From Thermodesulfobacteriota bacterium (GTDB taxonomy: Bacteria; Desulfobacterota_D; UBA1144; Nemesobacterales; Nemesobacteraceae), in the NCBI GenBank assembly GCA_965202785.1, contig OZ241855.1, forward strand, positions 640,001 through 704,000: a stretch of DNA of 64,000 nt, given 5' to 3'. The notes beneath the pieces are model-generated. The model was not told the origin of the DNA. It ran no database searches and saw only the letters and a program-made list of their open reading frames with translations. Shown here one piece after another: positions 48,719-57,771 of this stretch; the first letter of the stretch is position 1; every line of letters starts with the position of its first letter. Made by a program: the position numbers and the translations under genes.

Positions 48719-48744
48719 ACGTGGTTTCAAACTTGAAACCACGT
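48719..48744. promoter_or_regulatory. Perfect palindrome with 12-bp arms, probable TA operator
   Basis: ACGTGGTTTCAA-AC-TTGAAACCACGT, 55 bp upstream of the DUF433 start. Confidence 0.55.
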
Positions 48745-48811
48745 TTTTAAACCCATACTATGCGAGCTGGAAAAAACGGACAAAGCCTTCGGCCTCGACC
48801 GTCTGGGCGAA

Positions 48812-50374
48812 TCAGTCAACCTCAAAATAAGGCCCGATGTCCGAGTGGTTCTCTATGAGGAAGGAGTTACTCTCTATCATCGTCCCCCTCGCGCGCTCAA
48901 GGTCGGCCAGGGCGATCCGGTAGCCAGCGAAGGCGCTTATGTAGCTGGCCTCTGCGCTTATCAGATCCCTCTGCGCCTCAAGGATCTCCCTCGTTGTGGA
49001 AAGCCCCGCCTTAAATTTCTCCTCCTCGTTTCCCAGAACCTCTTTGGCCAGATTGGTCGAAAGCAGGGCGGCTTCCATCTTTTTCCGGCTGCTTTCGATC
49101 TCCCTTATGGCGTTTCTTACGTCAAGGCGCACGGCGTCTTTCTGCTTCTGATAGCTTATGACGCTACGGTCATAATCCGCCCGGGCCTTCGCGTAGGCTC
49201 CCCCCGCCTTTCTTCCGAAAATGGGAAAGCTGAGCCTTCCCGTCACGCTCCAGTTCGGAAAATCCCGGCCAATGATGCTGTCGTATGCGTGCGAGGAATC
49301 GGCAAAGCGCGGGGACACGCTGTCAACCCCCCCGAAAACGAGCCTGTCGGGGTTCTCGGATCCCCCGAGGCCTAGATACTCAAGACGTCCCTCGACAGTG
49401 AGACGCGGCAACCTCTGGCGTGAGTAAAAAGTCTTAAGCGCCTCGGCTTTCCCCATCTCCTGCTCCGCGCGGCGCATCTCGGGGCGTTTCTCAAAGGCCT
49501 GGAGCACCGCCTCAAGCTCTGAAACCGGATCGTACGCAGTTGGCATGGAATCGGTTATCTCAAGCAGCTCGACGCTCTCCTCCAGGGGGATAACGAGAAG
49601 ATTCTTAAGTGCGTCCACAGAAGCCTCGTAGGCGTTCTCTGAGTTTATCATCCTCACCTTTCTGGCGGCGCTCTCAGAGCGCGCCTGGGTGAGCGCAACC
49701 CTCGGCAGAACCCCGACCTCTACCTGTATTCCGGTCCTCCTTTCAAGATCCAGGGCCAGATCATAGGCTTTTTTCTCAAGGTCACGGTCGCGGGCGGCGG
49801 CCACTACTCCCCAATAGTTTTTCTCAAGATCAAAAAGCGTCTTTGCCACCACGCGCTCGAACTCGTAAACGGATATGTTTTTGTCTTTTCTCGAAAGCAC
49901 CACCGATACCCTGTTAGAAGCGATATCGAAGCCGCGGAGAAGCTCCTGCCCCACGCTGAAACCGAGACTCGCAGCCCATGACGGGCTGAGGCTGTCGATT
50001 GGGGAGTCGGTCTCGGTTCTCGACACCTCAAGATCATAGAGCTTGTAGAAGGTCCCGGTGGGAAGTCTGCCCGAGAGCTCGCTTCCAAAGGAGAGGACCT
50101 CGGCGTTTGTTATTCCGTCCTCTATGAGGGAACTCGAAGTGGGAATCCTGGTGTCTGCGTATGAGGCCATGAAGCTTATCTCGGGATCGTATGCGCCCTT
50201 CTTGCTTTTGTGCTCCCCGCGTGCGGCGTCGATGCTGAGTTTCCAGACCCTTATGTCGTGGTTTTTCTCAAGGGCCATTATCTTCGCCTGCGTAAGCGTA
50301 AGGGCATCCGCCCCAACCGGGGCGAAAAGAAAACACGCGACAAAAACCAGAAAGATATTAAAGCGTTTTGACAT
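48812..50374 (-). CDS. TolC family outer-membrane efflux protein
   Basis: Signal peptide, LTLTQAKIMALEKNHDI, RPEM, LPRL, EEEKFKAGLST and LEAQRDL; probable ATG at 50374. Confidence 0.9.
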   Translation of the reverse strand: MSKRFNIFLVFVACFLFAPVGADALTLTQAKIMALEKNHDIRVWKLSIDAARGEHKSKKGAYDPEISFMASYADTRIPTSSSLIEDGITNAEVLSFGSELSGRLPTGTFYKLYDLEVSRTETDSPIDSLSPSWAASLGFSVGQELLRGFDIASNRVSVVLSRKDKNISVYEFERVVAKTLFDLEKNYWGVVAAARDRDLEKKAYDLALDLERRTGIQVEVGVLPRVALTQARSESAARKVRMINSENAYEASVDALKNLLVIPLEESVELLEITDSMPTAYDPVSELEAVLQAFEKRPEMRRAEQEMGKAEALKTFYSRQRLPRLTVEGRLEYLGLGGSENPDRLVFGGVDSVSPRFADSSHAYDSIIGRDFPNWSVTGRLSFPIFGRKAGGAYAKARADYDRSVISYQKQKDAVRLDVRNAIREIESSRKKMEAALLSTNLAKEVLGNEEEKFKAGLSTTREILEAQRDLISAEASYISAFAGYRIALADLERARGTMIESNSFLIENHSDIGPYFEVD

Positions 50375-50592
50375 CGAGATGCTCCATTGCGCTGGAACCG
50401 GCCCCCGGCGTTTCGGGCCCCGGCCCGGATCCTTCGTCATCCTCTCCGGATGTGGGGTAAAAATTTACTGAGAAAACCGGAAAAAGCCTAATTTGGGGCC
50501 GGAGGGAATTTCCAGCTTCTCATGTCAAGTGTTCCCGAAGTCTGAACCCATTTACGGCAACCAGGTTTTCCGCAACCGGAAAGCTCTGACGG

Positions 50593-51012
50593 GTGCGGCT
50601 ATCTCCCTTGGAAATTCTTTACCCGATATATGGGGATCCCTTTCTTGAGAAATGGAACCTTGACCTCACCTCAAGGGAGGCGAGACGGAAGCATGGCCCC
50701 TCCGTCGACTTCAAACGGCAGAGGGCAATTGAGGAGGCCGTGACAGACCGGATCCGGAGAACCTTTTCCTTTGTCGCATTCCCCGTAGAAGACAAGGATG
50801 CCCGGTTCAAACTCAAATCGGGGATCATATCCACCTTGTCACTATGCGACTGCTGTCGACCGTCGGAGCAATGGCTGGGTGGATGTTCTCCAAGAAGCAA
50901 AATTCGAGAAAGCGGCCTCTGGCTCACGCAAGGGTTACACAAGGAACCGTTGTCAGAAGATGAAATCAGCTATTTGCGGGCAATGGTGTTGCAAACAGCG
51001 CGTGGCGGCTAA
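50593..51012 (+). pseudogene. Probable 5'-truncated fragment of a hypothetical protein
   Basis: DPFLEKWNLDLT...FSFVAF...IISTLS.C..C.PS..WLG..SP..KIRESGLWL reads as the C-terminal half of a conserved hypothetical; no convincing start or RBS. Confidence 0.5.
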
Positions 51013-51285
51013 GAGGCAATGGAACCTTCCAGACCACCGGAATCCTTTCGTAAAGCTCTATGACCGGAAAACAAACTCCTCCCCGGAGAGTCGGACTCAA
51101 CCGAACCGCCTCTCCACCTGTTCGGAATTATTCGGGCAAACGAGAAAAGCGGACCTGATCGGACGCGTCCTTGTTTCTACTGAAACGCCCGTCGCTTTTT
51201 CTTTCTCTTGAGTTTGTTGGTAATAACGATGAAAAACTCCCACTCCGGGCCGGTGGAAAATCCCCCTGTTCCATCAAAAAAGCAT

Positions 51286-51322
51286 AAAAAAAAGCGGGCA
51301 ACCTTTGTTAGGAAGCCCGCTT
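51286..51322 (-). terminator. Rho-independent terminator of the porin gene
   Basis: Minus strand AGCGGGC...GCCCGCT stem followed by a T run, 36 bp after the stop. Confidence 0.8.
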
Positions 51323-51358
51323 CATTCAAGCTTTGTGAGCTTTGATTTTATTTTGTTC

Positions 51359-52915
51359 TTATTTCATGAACTGATCGATGTAAATCATCAGCCTTGACTG
51401 AAAAGCCCAGATCGTATCATCGACATCAGCATCAGTTACTTCATTAGCAGCTGCATGAGACTCCATAAGATCCGTAAGACCGTCTCCGGCAAGCACCAAG
51501 CTTCCGATAAAGTCAAGGTTTACGCCCGGATGAAGCGTCCAGCTGAGCGTTCCCTCGATCTCAGTACCGAGATATTCATCAACTTCAGTGCTGGAAATAC
51601 CCCGATTACCCGCACCATTACCGAAATCTGCGATGCCAGGATAATTTGAATCAAATGCTGAAACTGCATTCGTCTCATCGTTCCAGGCAATCAGAACCTG
51701 AGGAGTGAACGCCAAGTTCTCAGCAAGAGACACGTTCGCGTACGCTTTAGCGTAGATAGCGTTTATAACGCTTCCCTCTATCTGGTAAACAGTCGGAATG
51801 ACATGCTTGAAGAGAAGGTTGTCTACGTTATAGGCCGGGCTGAACGGAAGAGCGTTACCTTCGATCGTGAGAGCCGTAGAGCCATCGTCACCTTGCGCCC
51901 AACCGGCTTCAAGACCTATCGTGCTTACCTGAGCCATCGTTGAAGGATAGAACTCGAGGCGGCCTGCCATGTCAAAAGCGTAGTCAAATTCAAACTCTCC
52001 AGCGGGAAGAGGACCTAACGCAGGGTTAGTTATCTCTCCACCTCCGAACATCTGGACTTCGTATGTGAAGCTCCAGCTGGCACCCTTAAGCACGAGAAGA
52101 CCGGAGTACAGAGAAGTACGGTCAACATCAAAGTCGTAACCGAAACCTGCATCGTTGAATACATCGTTCTGGTGCAGATAGGGGAACCCGTACGCTCCAA
52201 CAGTAACGTTAACGTCTCCCATCTGCTGGTTGTAAATACCCGCCGCGGCAAGTATGTCATAACCTACACCGTTTTCTCCGGCAAACAACGAACTGCCGTT
52301 GCTGAACACGTCAGACACGAGAACCAGTGTGAAGGTTCCAGCTCCAGCCGGGAAGGACTTTAACCAAAGAGCCCTGTCAACCACAAAACCGAGGTCCGAA
52401 TGCGGATCATGTCCGCCGTTTGCGAGAATTCCGAGACCCCAGTCAAAAGGCTGGCGACCTATCCTCACGAAACCAAGGTTGTGCGGAAGAACTATATCGG
52501 CGTGAAGCATGCGCACGGTGAAAAACCCGTAATCATCGTCTACCGCCTTATTGCCTGTCAGAATCGCACCGTTGAAACGATCACTTGGCCTTAAATCAGA
52601 AAGCACGACGCTGTCATCTTCGCCCAAGGTACCACCGAAAAAGTGAGCAGTCTGCCCACCCCATATCATGTTGCTCGCTACGTCGACCTGAGCCCTTACG
52701 GTAACCGCGTCGCTTAAGCCCAACTGCGGAGTGAGCCTGAGCGTCGTGTCAACAACACTAATCATGCCATCACCACCGGCAACGGCATTGTCAATGACAC
52801 GAGCTCTCGTTCTCAAGTAACTCGGAAACCCGCCAAGCGACCAGTCTATCGCAAATGACGGAACCGACATGCCGAGAACGGCAAAAAATATTATAAGCCA
52901 TCTGGCTTGAATCAT
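51359..52915 (-). CDS. Outer-membrane porin-like beta-barrel protein
   Basis: Signal peptide, RIGRQPFDWGLGILANGG, YLGTEIEGTLSW, alternating beta pattern; strong RBS, promoter and terminator suggest high expression. Confidence 0.75.
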   Translation of the reverse strand: MIQARWLIIFFAVLGMSVPSFAIDWSLGGFPSYLRTRARVIDNAVAGGDGMISVVDTTLRLTPQLGLSDAVTVRAQVDVASNMIWGGQTAHFFGGTLGEDDSVVLSDLRPSDRFNGAILTGNKAVDDDYGFFTVRMLHADIVLPHNLGFVRIGRQPFDWGLGILANGGHDPHSDLGFVVDRALWLKSFPAGAGTFTLVLVSDVFSNGSSLFAGENGVGYDILAAAGIYNQQMGDVNVTVGAYGFPYLHQNDVFNDAGFGYDFDVDRTSLYSGLLVLKGASWSFTYEVQMFGGGEITNPALGPLPAGEFEFDYAFDMAGRLEFYPSTMAQVSTIGLEAGWAQGDDGSTALTIEGNALPFSPAYNVDNLLFKHVIPTVYQIEGSVINAIYAKAYANVSLAENLAFTPQVLIAWNDETNAVSAFDSNYPGIADFGNGAGNRGISSTEVDEYLGTEIEGTLSWTLHPGVNLDFIGSLVLAGDGLTDLMESHAAANEVTDADVDDTIWAFQSRLMIYIDQFMK

Positions 52916-53087
52916 CTCTCCTTACCTCCTGTAAATTTATATTCCAAAATAAACGACCATCTCCTGATTTACCTAAAATGGACGCAGAATATGATCAAAC
53001 TCTTTATAAGCTTACTACAAAAGCAAGCCTCATTTCAAGCGTTTTTTTCCTTAACGGAAAATTGCACCATCTCTTAATACGCCCTTA

Positions 53088-53116
53088 ACAATAAACTACA
53101 AAGGCGGTTGTGTCAA
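53088..53116 (-). promoter_or_regulatory. Sigma70 promoter of the porin gene
   Basis: Minus strand TTGACA (53116-53111), 17 bp spacer, TATTGT (53093-53088). Confidence 0.65.
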
Positions 53117-53267
53117 GAGTTTTTAACCGAAACATCCAAATACAGATAACCGCAACAGACCTAAAAATATTGCCGAATTGTTGACCTAACCGGCACCAAA
53201 ACACCTGTATTATCCCGCCCGCTGCACAAACGCGAGAAGTCCCGGCCAAGCCCTGCTCTCATAATAA

Positions 53268-53936
53268 TCACCCTCGCCCGAAAAACCTAAGGGTGATAAA
53301 CGGAATGAGGCTGAGCGTAGGCGAGAGCGCAAGCTGCGTCGCGGCGCTTTTCCGAAGAGGCTCCTTCATCGCCATTATACCCGAGTAAAGCGAAGCCGGA
53401 TCCCCGATGAACCCCCTCGCCGCCTCGCAGAAGAAAAAAACATTTTCCGGGCTCAGGAGAAAAACGAGCAGGTCAAACGCGAAGAATACAACGACTCCCT
53501 TCGCGACGAGACTGAGCGCCCTTCCCCACACGAGGAAATTAACGGCCCTCCTGGTGAGGTTTCCCCCGTAGTACCTGGCAAGTATCCCCCCGAGAACGAC
53601 CGTCATCATGAGACTTATCCCGAAACCGAAGAGAAAGACCAGGGATTTCCCGAAGAAATCCGCAGTCCCCCCGAAAGCCGGAATGACCTCCTCCCGCACT
53701 CCCCAGGCAAGCGGAAGAACAAGGCCGAGGAACACCCCCTCCCAGAAACCGCTTCGGAAGCCCACCATGAAAAAAGTGAGCATCCCCCTCACCGTCAGGA
53801 AGTCAGAAGGTATGTCCTGCCCAGTGCGCTCTATTATATGGTACTGCTGTATCTCCGATATCGCGTCTATAAGGTTGCGCGGGGATGCGTGGGGCGAAGA
53901 CGATATGGGGGCGAACCCTCCCCGCCCCCCGCTCAT
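53268..53936 (-). CDS. Hypothetical multi-pass membrane protein
   Basis: 222 aa, about 4 TM segments; its start codon overlaps the traW-like start head-to-head. Confidence 0.65.
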   Translation of the reverse strand: MSGGRGGFAPISSSPHASPRNLIDAISEIQQYHIIERTGQDIPSDFLTVRGMLTFFMVGFRSGFWEGVFLGLVLPLAWGVREEVIPAFGGTADFFGKSLVFLFGFGISLMMTVVLGGILARYYGGNLTRRAVNFLVWGRALSLVAKGVVVFFAFDLLVFLLSPENVFFFCEAARGFIGDPASLYSGIMAMKEPLRKSAATQLALSPTLSLIPFITLRFFGRG

Positions 53937-54486
53937 GGCCTCGGGTAAGGATCTCGGGGTTCACGGAAAGCTCTACGAAATAAGGGAAGAGGACATGCTT
54001 TCCTATGTGCGGAGAAAGGCGGGGGAAATCGACATGAGGGCGCTTCGGGAAAGCATGGAGAAGAAGCTTGAGGAATCCTACGCACGGCACTCTTTTGTTT
54101 CTCTAGGTGCCCCTTCAACTACGGAAGAGCGGGTGCGTTATGTCGATCCTTCGGTGAATGTGCGAAATCCGCTCTACGACCATACGGGAAAAATGATTTT
54201 CCCCGCGGGTGTAGTAAATCCGCTTGATTACATGCCGCTTTCAAAAAGCATCCTAGTGCTGAGAGAGGACCAAGTGAAAAGAGCGCTTGAGGAAACAGAC
54301 AAGAGAGGTGAAAAACCACTTGTGCTGCTCACCGACGGCGACATCCGAAGAGCTTCCTCGCTTGCGGGGCAAATGGTGTACAAGGCGAGTTCTTTCATGC
54401 TTAAAAGACTTCAGATTGAAAAGGTGCCCTCTATTGTAACGCAGGAGGGAGGAAAGCTCAGGGTTGAAGAAACAGTTCTAAAATGA
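53935..54486 (+). pseudogene. traW: F-type conjugative pilus assembly TraW-like protein, apparently lacking its signal peptide
   Basis: KDLGVHGKLYEIREEDML, RYVDPS, PAGVVNPLD, LLTDGD and IEKVPSIVTQEG..LRVEE are TraW motifs; no other tra genes nearby. Confidence 0.75.
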
Positions 54487-54995
54487 TCTCGGAGATTTTT
54501 CGATTGGCAGCAAGTTCCAAAACTTCGGAAAAGCTCCAACCTGGTTTTGGTCTGCCGTCGGCGAGCACAAATCAAAGCAGGGTTTGTCCAGAAAACGGCT
54601 GATAATTTCTTGAGTGCTCGGGGAAGGTGCGTTCATGGTCAGACAGCGCTTTACACGAACAACAGCTTGGTTCAACAGGAATAGGTGTAAATATCTAGAA
54701 AAAGCTCTTGACGTTATTTTATACCAGTAAGTGTAGCCCTGATACGCATCGAAACGCAGTTAATTTAAACTGTGTTTCTTCTCCTCAGCAGGCTCTCCAA
54801 ACGTAACTTCAGCTTGCTGGGGGTTTTTATGCAAGTCGCATCCCATGGCTTTTCTTTTCTATACAAAAAGCCCCGGAAAGTAAGGCTAAAATCCGCCGGG
54901 GTAGGAAACCCGGACTATTATAAGCTGCATTCACTTAATACGGGAGGCAAATGAAGTCGCAGTTTAAGTTCTCAAGTTTCATGTTAGAGAGAACC

Positions 54996-55034
54996 AAAAG
55001 GATCAAGGAGAACCTTATGCAAGGCTCTCCTTGA
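54996..55034 (-). terminator. Terminator of the RTX lipoprotein gene
   Basis: TCAAGGAGA...TCTCCTTGA stem followed by TCCTTTT on the minus strand, 45 bp after the stop. Confidence 0.65.
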
Positions 55035-55079
55035 ATCGCCAACTTGAAAACTTGGTTCTCAAAGAATTCTCATAGACAA

Positions 55080-56438
55080 TCACGGCGTGCGCGCTGGACA
55101 AGTACCGCTGCTCACAGTGTTAAGATTTTCTGCAGTAAGCCCAGAGACAGTCGCTAGATTCTCTGATACTTCTGTAACAGCAGGAGTAGCGGCAGAGTCC
55201 GCAGCAACAATGATCACAACAATTCTTCCGGCCTGGACTCTTACATCTCCGGCGGTATCGCCCTCTCCAGAACCAACATCACCAGTAGCACCACTAACAG
55301 AAATGCTGTCTCCCTCTCCATAGCTTCTGATGGAATCCAATGTTGCTCTAATGATACCTCGACTTTCATTGTTGTCAGCAGCACCGGAGATATCAGGAAC
55401 GGCAAGTTGGAAGCAGTCTCCTCCTTCACCGCCCATGAGGATATCTCTTCCCGCTCCACCGGTAAGAGTGTCGGCACCCGCACCACCATTAAGATTGTCG
55501 CTGCCTTCATTTCCATTAAGAGTGTCATTGCCTCCTTCGCCATTCAGGGTGTCCGCAAGGGTAGTTCCTGTAATTATATTAGGGTTATTATCTCCTGTGA
55601 TCGTAAGACCTGCTGTTGCGCCATCCGCTAGTTTTCCCTTTATATTTTCAAAGCCCTTGATATTAGGGTTTTCGCCTTCTTGGCTTGTGCCTAAATTAAA
55701 CCCGGTGGTCATTACAACAATCGTATCGCTTCCTAGTCCACCATCCAATACATCAGCGTCCACTGTATTAGCATCACCATCATCGGTGGTATCCTCGCCG
55801 TTGCCGTCAATTTCATTGCTTCCTTGATCACCTACAATTTTATCGTTCCCTGGTGTCCCAATAACATTTTCAATTGATATAAGCGTGTCTAAGTCCCCAT
55901 ATGCATCTGTGGCTTGTCCTTCTGCCAAATTGACTTCTACAGGGTCCACACCGGTGGTGTCGGGGTTGTTCTCTTGGCTGTAGTCAGCAGTATCCGTGTC
56001 TGGTCCACCGTCGAGAGTGTCGTCGTCTTGACCTCCTGTGAGAGTATCGTCACCTGCTTCGCCTCTCAGTACATCTCTACCGTCACCGCCGATAAGAGTA
56101 TCGTTACCTGGACCACCATATATAGTGTCATCGCCTGCTAAACCCTTAATTGTGTTATCCCTATCATTACCACAGATAAGATCGCTTCCCGTGGTTCTAT
56201 CTAGGTTTACACCCTGAACCTGAATATTGCAGTCTGATCTGGTTGGCCCACCCCTGTCAGTGTCTGTATCCGGTGTGGTAGGTGTCGTTGGTGTCGTTGG
56301 ACAGGTTTCGCCTTCCTCAATTAGATCACCATTTGGACATTGGATTTTCGTCTCTACCCTTTCAATAACTGTGTCGTCCCCTGTACAACTAACCGCCACT
56401 AACAACGTAAGAACCAATATTATTCTATGCAACATCAT
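55080..56438 (-). CDS. RTX (hemolysin-type Ca2+-binding) repeat lipoprotein
   Basis: VAVSC lipobox, PTT linker and about 15 GGxGxDxL-type nonapeptides in blocks; RBS GGGGAGG; lower GC than flanks. Confidence 0.88.
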   Translation of the reverse strand: MMLHRIILVLTLLVAVSCTGDDTVIERVETKIQCPNGDLIEEGETCPTTPTTPTTPDTDTDRGGPTRSDCNIQVQGVNLDRTTGSDLICGNDRDNTIKGLAGDDTIYGGPGNDTLIGGDGRDVLRGEAGDDTLTGGQDDDTLDGGPDTDTADYSQENNPDTTGVDPVEVNLAEGQATDAYGDLDTLISIENVIGTPGNDKIVGDQGSNEIDGNGEDTTDDGDANTVDADVLDGGLGSDTIVVMTTGFNLGTSQEGENPNIKGFENIKGKLADGATAGLTITGDNNPNIITGTTLADTLNGEGGNDTLNGNEGSDNLNGGAGADTLTGGAGRDILMGGEGGDCFQLAVPDISGAADNNESRGIIRATLDSIRSYGEGDSISVSGATGDVGSGEGDTAGDVRVQAGRIVVIIVAADSAATPAVTEVSENLATVSGLTAENLNTVSSGTCPARTP

Positions 56439-56922
56439 ACACCTCCCCAGCGAATAAATTCTCTGTTGCTTCGACCATGGCACACAGATACCACGCTTCA
56501 TTCGTAGTCAAAGAACCTTGATTTTCCAATCATTTATTAACGGACTCATACTCTCGGAGACCCGATCAAGCAGGTTCCCGCCTAAGTACTAGAAGCGCTA
56601 AACGTTTCTAGCTTTATCAAATCATGGAAATAATAGCAAGAAGAAATTGTAAGAAATGAACTATATATCGTACTGCGGGAAAAGACCAAAATACGATACG
56701 CTAACCTTTCTACAAAACCCAGCCTCCCGCAAGAACCTTCATGCAAGGACCTAGAGTTTTGACCAATCCGTCCCACAAGCCCAACGGATATCGAAACGCC
56801 GCTCCGCACATGATTGTCCGGCATACACAGGTAAGCCGCATCACGTATTCGGTTTGCAGCAGCCTCTAGGCATCTGATCCACCTTCACTTTGAAATCAAA
56901 CTCACTTATAATTGTCATTGAT

Positions 56923-57330
56923 ATGAAACAACTTCTGCTCATTGCCACGCTTTCGACCTGCGTTTGGCCGACAGGAGCCTTCGCCGAGGACTCGCTCGCT
57001 CCCGGGAACCATTTAAGGAAAACAGTGGCGATTTCGCAACCCGCCGAAGCGTCGGGTGCCAAAGTGAAGGTATTTATCCATCCCGACACAGGGAAAATCC
57101 TTACCCGCGAGCAGTGGGAGTCCCTAGACATCGAAAACGATGAAACCGAGGCGATACCGCTCTCCTCCTCAGAACCCTTGGGAACGGAGGACACCCCGAC
57201 GATTCTTAAGGGAAAAAAGATCGACCTTGAAAATGGAGACTACGTAATAGTCGTTGACACCCCCGACATGGTCGAAACCAAGGCGCGATTCGATGAAGAG
57301 GGGAAAGCCCATATCAGGTGCAATCACTGA
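56923..57330 (+). CDS. Small secreted hypothetical protein
   Basis: Signal peptide (MKQLLLIA...AFA), VFIHPDTGKI motif and terminal IRCNH. Confidence 0.65.
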   Translation: MKQLLLIATLSTCVWPTGAFAEDSLAPGNHLRKTVAISQPAEASGAKVKVFIHPDTGKILTREQWESLDIENDETEAIPLSSSEPLGTEDTPTILKGKKIDLENGDYVIVVDTPDMVETKARFDEEGKAHIRCNH

Positions 57331-57444
57331 ACATCACAAAAAAGCTTCTCCCCGGGATTTTTTCCCGCTTGCCGCCCCCGTACCACTGCCCCCTGCGCCG
57401 CGGTCACCATTGAAGATATATACGAGGATGAAACCGGGGAAAAG

Positions 57445-57717
57445 TTCCTCGATACTTACGGACGTATGTGGTGGGATAAACCTTCTCCGACAATCACCAC
57501 AAAGTTTTTCAGCATAAGCAACGGTCGTTTCGCTCATCCAGAAGAGAACAGGGGGCTATCTTTGCGGGAGGGAGCAACTTTACAAACTTTCCCCAAGGAT
57601 TACGAATTTATTGGCACCGGAATGGGGCCCGTTGGGAAAATGATAGGCAATGCCTTGCCTCCATATTTCGCCAAGTTAATCGGGGAAAAGATCGTATCGT
57701 CTCTCGAAAACATCTAA
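57445..57717 (+). pseudogene. C-terminal stub of a C5-cytosine DNA methyltransferase
   Basis: DTYGRMWWDKPSPTITT, HPEENRGLSLREGATLQTFP (motif IX) and IGNALPP (motif X); motifs I-VIII absent. Confidence 0.85.
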
Positions 57718-57771
57718 TTCAAACCGTACCCAGAAAAAAAATTAGAGATGACCTTGAGTCAGACACCTGAT

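Noticed and set aside
48719-48744. GTTTCAA...TTGAAAC resembles CRISPR repeat ends
   Set aside because: Single palindrome with no repeat-spacer array and no cas genes; better explained as an operator.
53608-53934. N-terminal extension of the 292-aa ORF containing TraW
   Set aside because: Antisense to the membrane-protein gene and not TraW-like; homology starts near 53935.
54860-54920. Possible c-di-GMP or other riboswitch in the GC hairpins
   Set aside because: Conserved riboswitch core motifs were not recognisable and there is no intact downstream gene.
48812-56438. TolC plus RTX protein as a type I secretion system
   Set aside because: No ABC transporter or membrane fusion protein in the window, the genes are about 5 kb apart, and the RTX protein has a lipoprotein signal.
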